A DNA stretch of 64,000 nt from Hamiltosporidium tvaerminnensis FI-OER-3-3 (GCA_022605425.2 CM061255.1:372001-436000); one strand, 5' to 3'. Shown: positions 13,446 through 26,302, counted from the stretch's first letter. Numbers and translations are program-made. Notes: generated by a model from the sequence alone, not told the origin.

Positions 13446-15194
13446 ATGTTAGAAAACGTAAATATAACTGAATATTTTAATTCCGATCCTTTTGTTGAGA
13501 ATTATTCACTTAAGACATTTTTTAATGATTTTATTGTTCAAGAAATTCACGAAAATGAATTATGTGAGGAAACAGATATATTTGATACTTTAAACGCTGT
13601 AAAAGTTCTTAAATTTATAAGAGAATTTGCAAAAATTGAAATAATTGATGAAAAATTAGAAAATCTAGTAAAAGCAATTAATCTAAACCGACAAAAATAT
13701 TTTTTAAACAGTGAAAAGAATGAAACTATAGAAAGTATAGAAAATCTAGAGAGTATAGAAAATCTAGAGAGTATAGAAAATCTAGAAAGTATAGAAAATA
13801 TAGAGACTATAGAAAATAATAAATTTGATAATTTTTTTGTAGAAAATAATCAAAGAAAATTGCTTTTTAAAATCTACATTCCAACTAGAACGTATCGAAG
13901 TGTTTTACACGGTTTTTTACAATCCCATCCACTTATATCGACAAAAACAGACAACAATATTGTTTCGGTTTTTTATATCTCTGATAATTCAAAAAAGTAT
14001 TCATTTGTATTGAAAAAAACAAATAGAGACACATTAAATGCATGCCAAATAATCGCATCGTATTTAAAAATTTCATATAATTCTATCAAATTTTGTGGAA
14101 ATAAAGATAAAAGAGCAGTTACTTATCAGAAAATGTCAATTACTGATATTTCCTTTTATGATTTGTATCAAATTGCTTTAAAACTTTCCGAAGAAAATAA
14201 TGGTATTTCAATTTATAAAATACGAACTTGTGTCTCGGGTATATCGTTAGGCACATTAAAAGGAAATCGATTTAAAATAATTTTACGTCCGAAGAATAGA
14301 AATGAAAATTCTTTGACGGAAAATTCAAATTTACAGAATAATTATGATGTGGAAAAAATTAAAATGTATTTAAACAATGGATTTATAAATTATTATGGTA
14401 ATCAACGGTTTGGAAAAAATATGCATAATCATATTATTGGTGAATTGATTGTAACAAAAAAATATAAAGAAGCGGTGGAAATCATAATGGAGCCTATTTC
14501 TAATGAAAGTGAACAAATCACACAAGCAAGAAATTTATACAAAGAAGAGAAGTTTAAAGATGCGTATGAATTGTTTCCTCAACGTTTTATAGCTGAAAAA
14601 ACAATATGCAAAGGAAAAAGCAGAGGATTGTCCGATAAAAAATGTATTGAGAATATTAAAAAAGAACTTAAAAGTATTTATTTACATTCTTATCAAAGTT
14701 ATATTTTTAATAAAATGGCATCCGATAGAATAAAAAGAGGCAAAAATATTCAGGTGGGTGATTTGGTTTTGAAACGAACAAAAATTTCTTCAAAAGAAGT
14801 CACTTCAGGCAATGATAATATATCGAATTCCCATAAAAAATTAGAAGATATTAAATTAGATTCTGAAGTTTTTATTTTTGATAAAAATATATTCAATAAT
14901 ATTTTATATGATTCTAAGAAAGAAATTTATGAAGAGAAGGAAACTTTGGAGGAAAAAATAGAAACTATAACGGATGAGAATTTAGATTTACATACCATTT
15001 ACGATGTAGTTATACCTTTGAAAGTTGAAAGAGGTTTAAAAGGTGGGTATCGAAAATTAATTGAAAAAACTTCTGATTTATCCGTTTCTATTGAAAATAA
15101 TATAATTTATTTAGAATTTTCCTTGTCAAAATCTGCATATGCTACAATGGTTATACGAGAAATCATAGGTAATGATATTTTATACTTAGAATAA
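13446..15194 (+). CDS. PUS7: TruD/Pus7-family pseudouridine synthase
   Basis: DFIVQE, catalytic GNKDKRAVTYQ, LGTLKGNRF, GFINYYGNQRFG, HSYQSYIFN, GGYR and YATMVIRE motifs. An internal 18-bp (IESIENL-type) repeat lies near 13725-13815. Confidence 0.93.
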   Translation: MLENVNITEYFNSDPFVENYSLKTFFNDFIVQEIHENELCEETDIFDTLNAVKVLKFIREFAKIEIIDEKLENLVKAINLNRQKYFLNSEKNETIESIENLESIENLESIENLESIENIETIENNKFDNFFVENNQRKLLFKIYIPTRTYRSVLHGFLQSHPLISTKTDNNIVSVFYISDNSKKYSFVLKKTNRDTLNACQIIASYLKISYNSIKFCGNKDKRAVTYQKMSITDISFYDLYQIALKLSEENNGISIYKIRTCVSGISLGTLKGNRFKIILRPKNRNENSLTENSNLQNNYDVEKIKMYLNNGFINYYGNQRFGKNMHNHIIGELIVTKKYKEAVEIIMEPISNESEQITQARNLYKEEKFKDAYELFPQRFIAEKTICKGKSRGLSDKKCIENIKKELKSIYLHSYQSYIFNKMASDRIKRGKNIQVGDLVLKRTKISSKEVTSGNDNISNSHKKLEDIKLDSEVFIFDKNIFNNILYDSKKEIYEEKETLEEKIETITDENLDLHTIYDVVIPLKVERGLKGGYRKLIEKTSDLSVSIENNIIYLEFSLSKSAYATMVIREIIGNDILYLE

Positions 15195-16034
15195 TAAAAC
15201 TTTTAACAAAAAAATCTCTACTTTTAATAAAAAATTCTATAATTAATAAAAAAATAATTTAATTGTAAACCCACTGTAACTTCCCAAATATATTCTATTA
15301 GATCCCAATTGGTAAAAAAATATTTAATTTAACTATAAGCTCTTCTCTGTTTACTTAGAATAAGAAATATACTCTATATTTAAAAAAATATGCATAAAAG
15401 ATGAGTTATTAATATTACAGTATTTTTTTCCGACTAAGAAATAAAACAATTAAACATAAACTCGTCGCTATTTTCGCTCTATATTTATTATATTATTTAT
15501 ATTATTAAAAAAAGGTATTTTTTCAAATTTAACTAATTTTGATGTCCTGTTATAGGATTTCTGCCGATTTACAATTTAAGATCGAATTTTAAAACAAACT
15601 TTTACTATATCTTCAAAAGAAGTCAAGTATGTCTTTTTTTGGTTTTATAACATGATTTCGCTTTCATGAATTATTAAGTTGTTATTTGTAATTAATTTTA
15701 TCTTTTGCAATAGTTTTTTCTCGAATCATTTGTAAAAAAACATGTTTAAAATTCTGCTGGGCATTTGCAAAATTCGAATATTATATAGATGATATTATCT
15801 CGGATAGGCTGTGAAATGATTTCTTGTTATGGATTTTCTAAAATCAATATCAAACACAAGATGTTTTTTGTAAACGACATGGAATTTTAAAAAGTAAAAA
15901 TTATTATTAGGTACTATTTCGAAACTAAAAAAAATAAAACTAATACATTAGTCTTTCAGTGAAACATTATAAAAAAAGAATTTATTCACTTGATTTAAAA
16001 AAGTTATATTGTAGAAATTTAAATGAGTCGTGTA

Positions 16035-16760
16035 TTAGTCAATATTTTTTTTACAATTGCATTGAAACTTTCTGCTTGACAATGAGTATCTTAAATTGAT
16101 GTAAATATCATTATTTAGACTCTTTTGAGAATCAAAGCAAACTACGTATTCTGTCTTCAATTTGAGTTTCTATAGAGAGTAGGATGTCTACAAAACCGAA
16201 AAACCATTTCTAATGTCTGTTTTGTAGCTTTTTATGTAGATAGACGTAAAATGCAGCCAAAATTGTAGACAATAGTCATGTCTAAGGCTTTATGCGTAGC
16301 ATTTCTCATTCGGGTTTGAAGACTTAGCCCTGAGTATGCTAAAAACTTAATGTTTAAGAATCTATGAAGGCTAAGAATCGATTAACTACTTCTGGTATGG
16401 ATTGTAAGGTCTAGGTGGGATATATGTTGGTCTCCGAAATATATTTTAGCTGTATGTCTATAAGTTCACAAAATGTAGTGTATACGAAAATTCTGCTGGT
16501 CATGATAGTACTTAAGTCTGGTTTTTACTTACATCACATGACAAATAACCTATATTGACGAACACTGGGCAAAACCCGTGACCATTAATTTGTTTACATG
16601 GTTTTTAGATTAATGGCTTTGTAATATAGGTTTCTACAGAATACTGATGAAGTTTCAAGAAGCAGTCATTTATTTTAAACCTAAAACTATGTTCATTTCC
16701 TAAAAATAATTTACTATATTCCGCTTTTCTAAAAATATGTGTTTTCTAATAAATAAAATA
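16035..16760 (+). mobile_element. 730-nt retroposon family, copy B (highly diverged)
   Basis: Colinear blocks AAACTTTCTGCTTGACAATGAGT, TCGGGTTTGAAGACTTAGC, TCTAGGTGG, CTCCGAAATATATTTTAGCT and the 3' AAATAAAAT. No clear TSD; ends approximate. Confidence 0.7.
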
Positions 16761-17844
16761 TTATTTAAAATCACTTTCCAAGGAAAATATTTTTGTTACA
16801 ATATAATTAAAAATTTTTCGGCCTAAAACCAACTAAATTATTTTTTGGTTAATTTTCAAGTGCAAATAATTACCTTATTGTTTCATGGTTACATGTACTT
16901 AAAAAATATGGGATGGTTACATACAATCAATTTATGAATATTTTATCATATTCCTAATAATATCTTTCCAGTAAATCCGGGTTTTAGACATCAAAATAAC
17001 ATAGCCTGTATTACATTAGAATTGACGTACCTTAACCCAAGTCCATTTTTAAAAATCGATTCTTGAAAAGCTATTAGATGAATATATTTGTTGTGTAATA
17101 CAATAAATATTTTGAAATATTCAAAACAAATGAATTAAATTGAAAACTTAGTTTTAAAAAATTATATTAATAAAAAAAACTTTCAAGAATCATACTTACT
17201 TACATATTCCATCTCTCTTTTACTTCTCGGGTTCGAGGATGACAAATGGAAGTTTAATATTTGTTTCCTTTAATCTCTTATAACTCGAAATTATAGGAAA
17301 TAGGCCTATAGATCCGTTTGGTTTATATTCGGCTAAAATGTAAACATTTATTCCCGAACAATTCTACGCATTCATTTCTAAACAAAAAGTTTTTAAGGTG
17401 GTTATCTTCCCTCCACTCTTAAAGAATCATACTGGGTATAAATTTAAACCTAAACATAAAACTGATGAATTATAGCTATTATGTTAAATACTAAACCAAG
17501 GTTCTTATTTAATACATCACATTTATTTTTGGAGTTTAGAATCAAGCATTTGTTTTATGTTAGGAGATAAACATGATACTCATTGTATTTCATCGATAAT
17601 GCAATTTGAATTGCTTTAACCTGAACATGTTTTTTATATTTATAATCTGTTAAATTTTAATATTTAAATAATCTTTCTAAAAGCATACAAGCTGTTCTAG
17701 GCATTTGCTTTCACCGAAAGTTATTTACTCGCTGTTGTAATGCAACTTTCGTGATTCTGTCGGTTTCGTTAATTAATTTATTTTGGATTTAAAGTGAATA
17801 TTTTATACATATCTATAATTTTTATAAATCACAATAATAAACGT

Positions 17845-18574
17845 ACTTTATTTAAAAGTATCACATCTTTTTTAAAATATGGGCAAGTGTTACATTTGTT
17901 TTCATGATATTAACGCAGTTCTAGGTTTAACATAAATGACTGCTACCCCAAAACTCTATCAGTAACCCCTGCGATACCTACGTCCCAAAGTCTTTCATCT
18001 ACCAGGTGTGTAGAACCTAATTAATAGGCGAGGCAGTTGCCCGGAGTTCGTTAATGTCCGTTGCATGGAGTGTGATCGAAGGCCGAAGCCCTCCTTGCCT
18101 CTCCCAAGACTATGCAGCATCCCCACTTACTCTACACTTTCTGAACCCAATAAACTTCTAGCTAAGATATATTTCAGAGATTTACATGGGGTCCACCTAG
18201 ACAGTGCAATATCATACCAACAAGTATAACCTGCTACTTGGTTCTCCCAGCTTTAAATGGTTTTTATTTTTATATCTCCCAGGCGCTAAGTCTTCTAACC
18301 CAAGTGAGCAAGGCTAAGTTTCCATGCTTTTACATGGCAATTACCTACATGTCAGCTGCGGTCTGCAATCTGGTTACATAAAAAACTACAAATAAATTTA
18401 TAGAAAAAGTTTCTCCATTTCTTAGACCTCTCCGCTTCATAACAACACCCATAGAACAACTGAAGATATAGTGTGGTTGTATTCCCACCAAAAATCCAAA
18501 CAATGACGTCATACCAGTTTCACACACTCATTGCCAAGCAGAAAGTTTTTTATGTGGCTATCCTCTCTCCACTA
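17845..18574 (-). mobile_element. 730-nt retroposon family, copy C
   Basis: Full-length reverse copy. TSD ACAATAATAAA(C/A)GT at 17831-17844 and 18575-18588. Confidence 0.93.
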
Positions 18575-20413
18575 ACAATAATAAAAGTAAAAAATTGTTG
18601 AAATAAAAATATTAAAAGCAAATAATTGTACAAACAAGTACCAACTATCACAATTCCATACTATACAATAAAATATTTCAACCTTTTTAAATTTCAAAAG
18701 CTTCGCTTTTAAAAAGTATTCCCTGGATATTTGGAAGTTTCAATTTATCTAAAAATAGTAAATATGTTAGTTTTATTTTCTTATATATTTTTGACACTAT
18801 ATCAAGAGATTTATGTTAGAAAAATCAACATTTTACACTTTTTTTTGCAAATCTGTTTTTGATTTTAATTTTTTAAATAATATCTGTCAAACAGAGTCTT
18901 TTTGACGCACAGTAATTAAAAATTGTTATATTTTTCTTCTTATTTTAGAAATTGTTTTCCACTATTTTTTCCAATAATTTTGTTTGATTTATTTACATTT
19001 TTATTACTCTTGGTTATTAATTTTACGGAATTGAAATAATATTCTAGTTTATTTAGAAACAACAATTTTTTCTCATCTTTAATTGAATATGTTTAGAGTT
19101 TATGAATTTCCAGATTTTTAATGCTTCAAAATATTCTAAAGAAATTTATGATTTCAGACCGAAATTGTAATGAGAATTTTAAAATATATTCGATATTATT
19201 ATATTTAATTCATACACTAATTAGCACAAGTCTTCAAATATTCTTTTATTTAAATATTTAAAAAAATTGCAGAAATACAACGATAACTTTTCTGTTCATG
19301 ACTAATTTGCCCGAAATAGCATCAATTTAATTTTCATATTATTAGATTTTTCGTTGTATTTATTTTATTTTTAAGTCTACCTTTAGTTTTCGATTTTTTT
19401 TTAAATGCTTTTTTTCAGAAAAACATAAATATTCTATAATTTCACTTCCATTATAATAAAAATCTGATATATGTTTGTAATTGTGTAATTTGCTCTAATA
19501 TATTCAAGCACGGTTTCTCATTTTTTATTTATAGTTTTTTTTTGAGCTTTAATATTCTACGTTATAAATTTTTTAATTTTTTTAACAATATTGATTGATA
19601 TTTATAATTTTATTAAAACATAGAACATTCAATATTTACTAAATAAATCTAAATAAAACCAAATTAAGTTATTACTTCTTAATTTAAAATTATTTTAAGA
19701 TTTTAGATAATCAGATGACAGAAAATGTAAAATTTTTTAAAAAAACTATTAAACATTCTTTTATATAAAAACTATGTTTTCTGTAAATTTGATATGCTCA
19801 TATTTTTTGAAGTATTTCGTTTCATTTTGATTTCCTTTATTATTCATATTTAACAAATCTTTCAAAAAAAAAACTAGATCCATCATTACTCATAAAATCT
19901 TTACATTTTTCTAATATAGAAAAATTATACAAAATTAGAAATATATAATTTCAAAGTAATCTGTAACTATCAAAACATTTGTACATTATTTTTCGATAAA
20001 TCTTAATAGTATATTCATAATAAAAACATTTTCTTATCGAAAAAAATTAATTTAATTAATTAAAAACACAACAAATATATTTTTAAGAATTTTTGCGATT
20101 CTACTCAATCAAAAATTTAATCATATTTTACAATTAAATAAAAAATATTTATGAAACATATGCTTCGTACAATAATTTCTACTGCAAATTCATATGCATT
20201 ATAAATAAGTAAATGTTTTATATTCAGTTAAATACTCCATTTTTAAATTCTACCAAAATATTTTATAATAAATTTATATGAAAAAAAATTAAATAATATT
20301 TAATGCAGACAGTTCTATTTACATTAGAGTCTCTGTAATTCTTTTTAATACATTTTTTTTTAAACTTAAAATTATAAATTTGTATAAAACTTTTTTCATA
20401 AAATTGAAACCTT

Positions 20414-21469
20414 ATGGATCAAGATATAATTGAAGAGCTTGGTGATTATAAAATAATAAAAGTTTTAGGTAGAGGAAGCTTTGGAACAGTATATGAAGCA
20501 GAAAGAAAAGATAATAGAAGTATATATGCAATAAAAGCAGAAAATATGCATGCGCATCCGGATCAAAGCATGTTGAAAAATGAGTATACTGTTTATAATG
20601 AAATGAAAGGATTAGATGGAATAATTGATGTCTATTATTTAGGTGTGTCTAATGACATATATTATTTGGTTATGGATAAATTAGGAAATTCTTTAGAACA
20701 AATTTATGAAGAAAGAAATAGAAATTTCAGTCTCAAAACCATATGTATGATTGGTAAAAGAATGATTGATATAATTAAAGGAATACATGAAAAAGGAAGA
20801 ATATATAGAGACATTAAACCAGAAAATTTTTTGTTGAGTTTGGATAAAAAAAATATATATTTAGTAGATTTAGGAATGACAAAAAGATATGTGGATTTAT
20901 ATTCTGGAAAACATATAAAATTAGAAATAAATAAAAAACTTACTGGAACTGCAAGGTACGCTTCTATTAATACACACAATGGATTGGAACAGAGTAGAAG
21001 AGATGATTTAGAAAGTATTTTATATGTATTGATATATTTTAGTGTAGGGTCTCTTCCATGGATGGGAATACATGCTTCTACTGGAAAAGAGAAATATCAA
21101 TTAATAGGAAAAAAGAAAAATGAAATATCACCAGAAACCTTATGTAAAGGAATACGAGGCTCAAAATATTTTATAAAATGTTTAAAATATATAAGAAGTA
21201 TAGAATTCGAAGAAAAACCAGATTATGATAGAATAAATTTTTATTTTGATAGTTTAATGACATCGAAAAATTTAGAAAACGATGGAATTTATGATTGGTT
21301 GGTAGGATATACTGAATATGAGACACTAAATATGTATGAAGATAAAAAGGATGTAGAAATATGTAATATTCAAGGGGAAAATAATAGAAATAAAAAAAAG
21401 AAAAAAGGATTTTGGAAAAAATTGAAATCCTTTATATCTGAATGCGGATCTTCAAATCATAGCTCTTAA
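20414..21469 (+). CDS. Casein kinase 1 (Yck1/Yck2/CK1-gamma-like)
   Basis: LGRGSFG, AIKAE, IYRDIKPENFL, LTGTARYASINTH, EQSRRDDLES, LPWMG. Confidence 0.95.
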   Translation: MDQDIIEELGDYKIIKVLGRGSFGTVYEAERKDNRSIYAIKAENMHAHPDQSMLKNEYTVYNEMKGLDGIIDVYYLGVSNDIYYLVMDKLGNSLEQIYEERNRNFSLKTICMIGKRMIDIIKGIHEKGRIYRDIKPENFLLSLDKKNIYLVDLGMTKRYVDLYSGKHIKLEINKKLTGTARYASINTHNGLEQSRRDDLESILYVLIYFSVGSLPWMGIHASTGKEKYQLIGKKKNEISPETLCKGIRGSKYFIKCLKYIRSIEFEEKPDYDRINFYFDSLMTSKNLENDGIYDWLVGYTEYETLNMYEDKKDVEICNIQGENNRNKKKKKGFWKKLKSFISECGSSNHSS

Positions 21470-21849
21470 GCTAGATTTTAAATAAATTGAAGTGTATCAA
21501 TTTAATGTTTTGAATAAATTGATGTTGTTTTTTATTTAAAATTTCTACCTTTAATGTGGCTAATATTTCTAATACAAATAGAATAAAAAATATTTCTAGG
21601 CTTTTTAAAAAAAATTAAACTGATAGTGCAATTGTATTTAAAAATCTAATTTATGTGAAAACGTATATTAAATACGAAAGTAGCTAGTTTGATACGAGCG
21701 CAGATGCAGATGTAAATCTAGAAGAAAAGCGTCATTGTATGCCTTACAAAGAACAGATAGGCACATACAGCCTATAAAGTCTTCAAATATATGTAGCTAC
21801 GTTAAAAATTTGTTAAAATAATAGAGGCAAAAAAAATTATTATCTAAAT

Positions 21850-21970
21850 TTGGATGATACGACCACTAATGTCTGATTTGACTAAAAATGTAAAATCGAG
21901 CCGAATTTTGAATAAGAAGACAAGAGGCGGCAAAATAAAGGAAATGATCAGAATAGATCTGAGAATAACA
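21850..21970 (+). mobile_element. Possible RTE-like C-terminal relic
   Basis: KKTRGGKIKEMIRIDLR weakly resembles KR.RGRP..RW.D.I..DL. Confidence 0.25.
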
Positions 21971-22225
21971 CATAAAATAACATTTAGAAATATTTTAAAT
22001 CAGTATAGATTAGGACAAAATATCTATGACTCAATATGATTTAATACTTGACAATAGTACAGGCTTTAAAGTTTTCAAGTTTTATAACACATTAATTTGG
22101 TTATAAATATTTTTTATGTGTCTCAAAATATTTTTAAGTTCATTTGTATTTTAATTTATCTTTGAATATTTTTTTTAGATTTTTTTTATCTGTCAAATAA
22201 CAATATTTTACAATTTGCCCCATTT

Positions 22226-22819
22226 ATGATATATCTTCTGGGTATAACAGAATTTTACGGAAATAATGGAAATGATAAGATAGATGTAGCTTTAAGCTTA
22301 GTAGAACATCATAACACACTTCTAATATCCACAAAAATAATATCTTTCTTTAAAATTGAATCATTTAAAAAGAATATGCTAATATTTCGAATCGATGAAT
22401 TAAATAAACTAAATATCATATTAAAATACAAAATACGAGATTTTATAATTGATAACAGTATAGAATTGGTTATAATAGATTCTTTAGAACATTTAGTATA
22501 TTACGAAGAGCTCAACAAAGAAATTTATAAATCTATAACCGAAATTATTACAAATATAAAACAAATAAATTATTCTTTAAAAACACGATTTATACTTATA
22601 AATATAAATACAAATAAACCATTAACTGATTATTATAATAATGTGTTTGGATTAGAATGGAATTACTCTGTAAATACCAAAATAGAATTTATTACTCGAA
22701 ATAATATAAAATTTATTAAAATCAGAATTTCTCCCGTATTAGATAAATTAGAATTTGAATATCAAATACGAAAAGGTAAATTATATTTCAATGAAACAAA
22801 TATTAAATTAATTATATAA
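22226..22819 (+). CDS. Divergent RecA/Rad51-family paralogue (Rad55/Rad57-like), degenerate Walker A
   Basis: GITEFYGNNGNDK in place of ITE.FG..GSGKT, Walker B-like LVIIDS, and downstream ILIN, G.EW and KIRISP in Rad51 order; CCCC motif upstream. Confidence 0.6.
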   Translation: MIYLLGITEFYGNNGNDKIDVALSLVEHHNTLLISTKIISFFKIESFKKNMLIFRIDELNKLNIILKYKIRDFIIDNSIELVIIDSLEHLVYYEELNKEIYKSITEIITNIKQINYSLKTRFILININTNKPLTDYYNNVFGLEWNYSVNTKIEFITRNNIKFIKIRISPVLDKLEFEYQIRKGKLYFNETNIKLII

Positions 22820-23501
22820 ATATATAATTTCTTAAAACTTTAATCTAAAAAAGCAGCAAGATAAAAATGAGTAAGTTTGTAATCCAATAATATTTAGATA
22901 TCTTTTAAATAAATTTATATGGTTCTCATTCATATGAAGGATTTTGTTTTAAATTTTTAAATTTTTAAATTACAAATTCGAAAATAAAAAATATTATCAT
23001 TCAATGTATAATGTTGTATTTTAAAACAATATATAGTAAATCTAAAAAACTGTAAAAGAATTATTTCGAGCAACCAAAATAATATTTTATAGAAATTTTT
23101 ACAGGTTGGTATAGAAGTAAATGTTAAACACGAGGAAAAAAACATAATTTCTATCCTTCAAAAAACAAAGAAACTTGGTTTTATTTGACATCTTTCGCCT
23201 TGTTATTTTAATATAGGAATATTCTCGATATTTTAATTAAAATTTATAACTTTACTTAATATGTTTACCTGTATAGGGTTGACCTTCATATATGCATGTT
23301 TTTCTTTTCTTGGATATTTCTTTAATAGTTATAATGTCTTTACCTCTCAGAATAATATTTTCATTTTCTTTCCAGTTGCTTTTAAAGTGATAAGCAGCTT
23401 TAATCTGTTTATGGTCTGTACTGGGTTTTCTTATTATTTTTGTTACACCGTAACTTTTTTTGATTAAGCTTAAAACAACATCTAGGATTTTTCTTTAGCT
23501 T

Positions 23502-23662
23502 TTATTATTATTCTTGGGACTAAAGCCCTTCACCGGCCTTAGCCGTTCTTAGTAATACCGCTCACCGGTCTTTTTCTAGTAGGGTTGTTTACTTTCGGGT
23601 TTTGTAACAAGATGGTTTTAAAGGAGGAGTTGTTAGCCTTACGCCCAACCCAAACTTGGAGG
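23502..23662 (-). mobile_element. Short non-autonomous RTE-derived element carrying the 3' half of an HDV-like ribozyme
   Basis: Minus strand: CCTCCAAGTTTGGGTTGGGCGTAAGGCTAACAAC joined to an RTE-like 3' end GGCTAAGGCCGGTGAAGGGCTTTAGTCCCAAG plus a (AAT)n tail. Confidence 0.6.
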
Positions 23663-24370
23663 TCTTTGTCTATACAAGAACCTTTTTTCCCGTGGTATGA
23701 TATATCAGTTTATGAAGTAATTACTTAACATCCTGATTCTTTTTTATTGAAGTGTTAAATATAGATGAAATAATTATTTTCTGGTATTATTCAAAGCATA
23801 GTTTAGTTGGTAAATAAATTAACCAAAAATTTATTAAAAAAAATAACTATGATTTGTTTTCCTATTTAGTTGTAACAAAGATCTAATTTGTTGAGGAAAA
23901 CCTTTATAATAAAGTTTATTTCCCATTGTTTTAATTATCTCATGTTTTTGTTGGTTCAACTTCATCTCTTTTCCGTTTGACTAAAATTGTTCTATTTTAA
24001 CTTTTTGTTATATTTTGATCGAAGCCATAATTATGAATTTTTTTCATCACTTTGAATTCATAAATTTCATCTTTGATTGTTCCGAATATCGCCCAACAAC
24101 ATGAATGTGTATTTAGAGTATATAAGTTAAGCTCTTGTTAGTCTCAGATACCTTCTAATTACATTTTTAATCAATATTTTGGCACGCTTTCAAAATTTTT
24201 CTTTTATAAAATAAATGAGATTTTTTGTTTGTTGAGTATTATTAAGGGAATTTATGTGATTATTCCAACTAATCAAACAGTTATTCTTTTCTTCTATTAT
24301 TTATGGATTAGCAAAAATTTGTACAATGAACTCAGAAAAGGTAGTTAAGTTACATTTTTTTAACTTAAAA

Positions 24371-25068
24371 CTAGGGTCTCAAAACTAAGGCCCGCGGTTT
24401 TAGTCCAGACATTTAACTGCATCTACACCCCCACTCTCACAATTTTTTTTATTGTAAGATAGGTGTTTTTTCAGCTAAAAAAATGAAATATTTCCTGTTT
24501 AGTATACAAAAAAATTACAATTTCAGATAATTTTTAGTATGATTTCATAATAATAAGAAAAGTTATTTGGGTCTTAACATTTTGTAAAGCAGGTAATACC
24601 AAAAAGTCAGAATAAAAAAAATTTAGAGGCATAATTTAATATTAATGAAATTGATGTAATTGTGATTAGGTACTACTTCTTGGTACAATTTGGGTAAATT
24701 TAGTAGTTTAAATTTTCAATAAGTGCTCCAAGTACTTTCTATTAAATTTGATTTGTAAATATATTTTATTTTGGAAAATACTTGTTCATGTAATTAGGTA
24801 GTGCCAAAGCCGAAATAATTACTAGAGCAAACTTATGAACTTGATTAAATTGTGAAACTTTAGACTCTTATGGAATTGCAGTAATTTATTTGAATATTTT
24901 TATATAGAAATATGGTTTATATATATGTTTATTTTTTAGACGTCTATATGGAACTTTAAAAATTTGATTTAAAAATATTAATAATAAAATCTTAGAAATA
25001 TTTTTTTGTATGTTAGCATAAAAAGTTATGATTTCTTGGCCCACAAGTCAAAAGTTTAGTGGCCCTTG
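24371..25068 (+). mobile_element. Non-autonomous hAT (Buster/Charlie-like) MITE, copy 1
   Basis: Left end CTAGGGTCTCAAAACTAAGGCCCGCGG, right end TGGCCC...AAAAGTTTAGTGGCCCTTG. About 650 bp is shared, inverted, with 48551-49222. Degenerate 8-bp flanks ACTTAAAA/TGCTAAAA have a central TA. Confidence 0.75.
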
Positions 25069-25299
25069 TGCTAAAACAAACCTCCGAAAAGTAAAAAAAT
25101 GTTAATGCTATTCCTATTATGTAGTAAAATCTTTAAAGTTTATTTAACAATCGTAAGGCGAAACTTTTTTTAGACCAATTAAACATTTCAAGAGTGCCAT
25201 GTTGTATTTCTGCACACTATTTTTGGCCATGTAAAATTCTTGAATGAATTAAACCAATTTTGAAAAGTCATTTCGTTTTGGAAACACTAATACCAATGC

Positions 25300-26300
25300 C
25301 TTAATTTTTCCAAACAATTAAATATTTAGGTGAGTAGTCGTCTTGCCAGAATTGTTCGATTATATAATTGATGACCAATTATAAATCTTTTTTTTAATTA
25401 CAACATCTATACGTTAAGAATTAAATGAATAATGATTTTGAAACAATGTCAAATATTGTTTATTATATCACTGGCTGTGAAGCTGGTTGAAATGAACTTA
25501 ATTTATATTCAACAGAAAAATAAAAATCATTGTATTATCTCCTTAAACATCATTAATTAGCTATAGGAATTTTCTATATTAATCAGGCTTTCGGACCCCT
25601 CATAAGCAGTCTATTCGGATAAAACTTTGGTCTTTTATATCCATATTTTTAGCCGTCCTTGAGAAATTTCATAATAACATTTCAGAATGTATTTTACTTA
25701 ACAGATATTTCAAATTCGGTTTTATTTGGTTCAAATCGATAATAGTTTTAACCAATTTTTTTATACAATCAAAGTCACTGTCTATTTTTATCACTTCCGC
25801 TTAGTTTTTAAGGCATTTATTTATGTGAGTATTTTATTTGTCAAAAAAACTGTTCTTTTGAACAATATTAGTGGTTAAGCCCGTAGAAACGAATTTTCCT
25901 ATATATTTATAAGAAATAAATGCCGGGAATAACCTTTAACTTCGATACCCGGGCTATAGTTTCTTAATCTTGTCAATTAGAATTTTAAACCCTTGCAGCA
26001 TTCGTTAATCTTATGATTCATTGTCTTTTCTATCACATTTCTAGCTATCTATAGACATTTCGTATAAAATCTTAGGTTCTTTTCAATTTAGCTTATTTCT
26101 CTTCTTCTTTTATATTTACTTCAAAATTTTGAGCTTCAGCTCGGCTTTAATATTTAGTCTATTCACTATTTACCTATTTTTATTCATTCTGTCCCTTTTC
26201 TTGAAGAAATTTATCCTCGTGAATTGTTTTATTTATTCTGAAAAAACCGTGTGTTTTAACGATAGGCTTATTTGTTAATTTATTTATCGTATAGCTTAAT
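25300..26300 (-). pseudogene. Possible heavily decayed LTR-retrotransposon pol (RNase H-integrase) relic
   Basis: Only scattered frame-shifted fragments (e.g. LRNY...KVIPG, KYGYK) in a plausible order; no diagnostic motif is intact. Confidence 0.2.
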
Positions 26301-26302
26301 TT

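Noticed and set aside
16645-16660. CTGATGA hammerhead-like cores (here, 17462 and 58219)
   Set aside because: No stem II plus GAAA partner, and not conserved among element copies.
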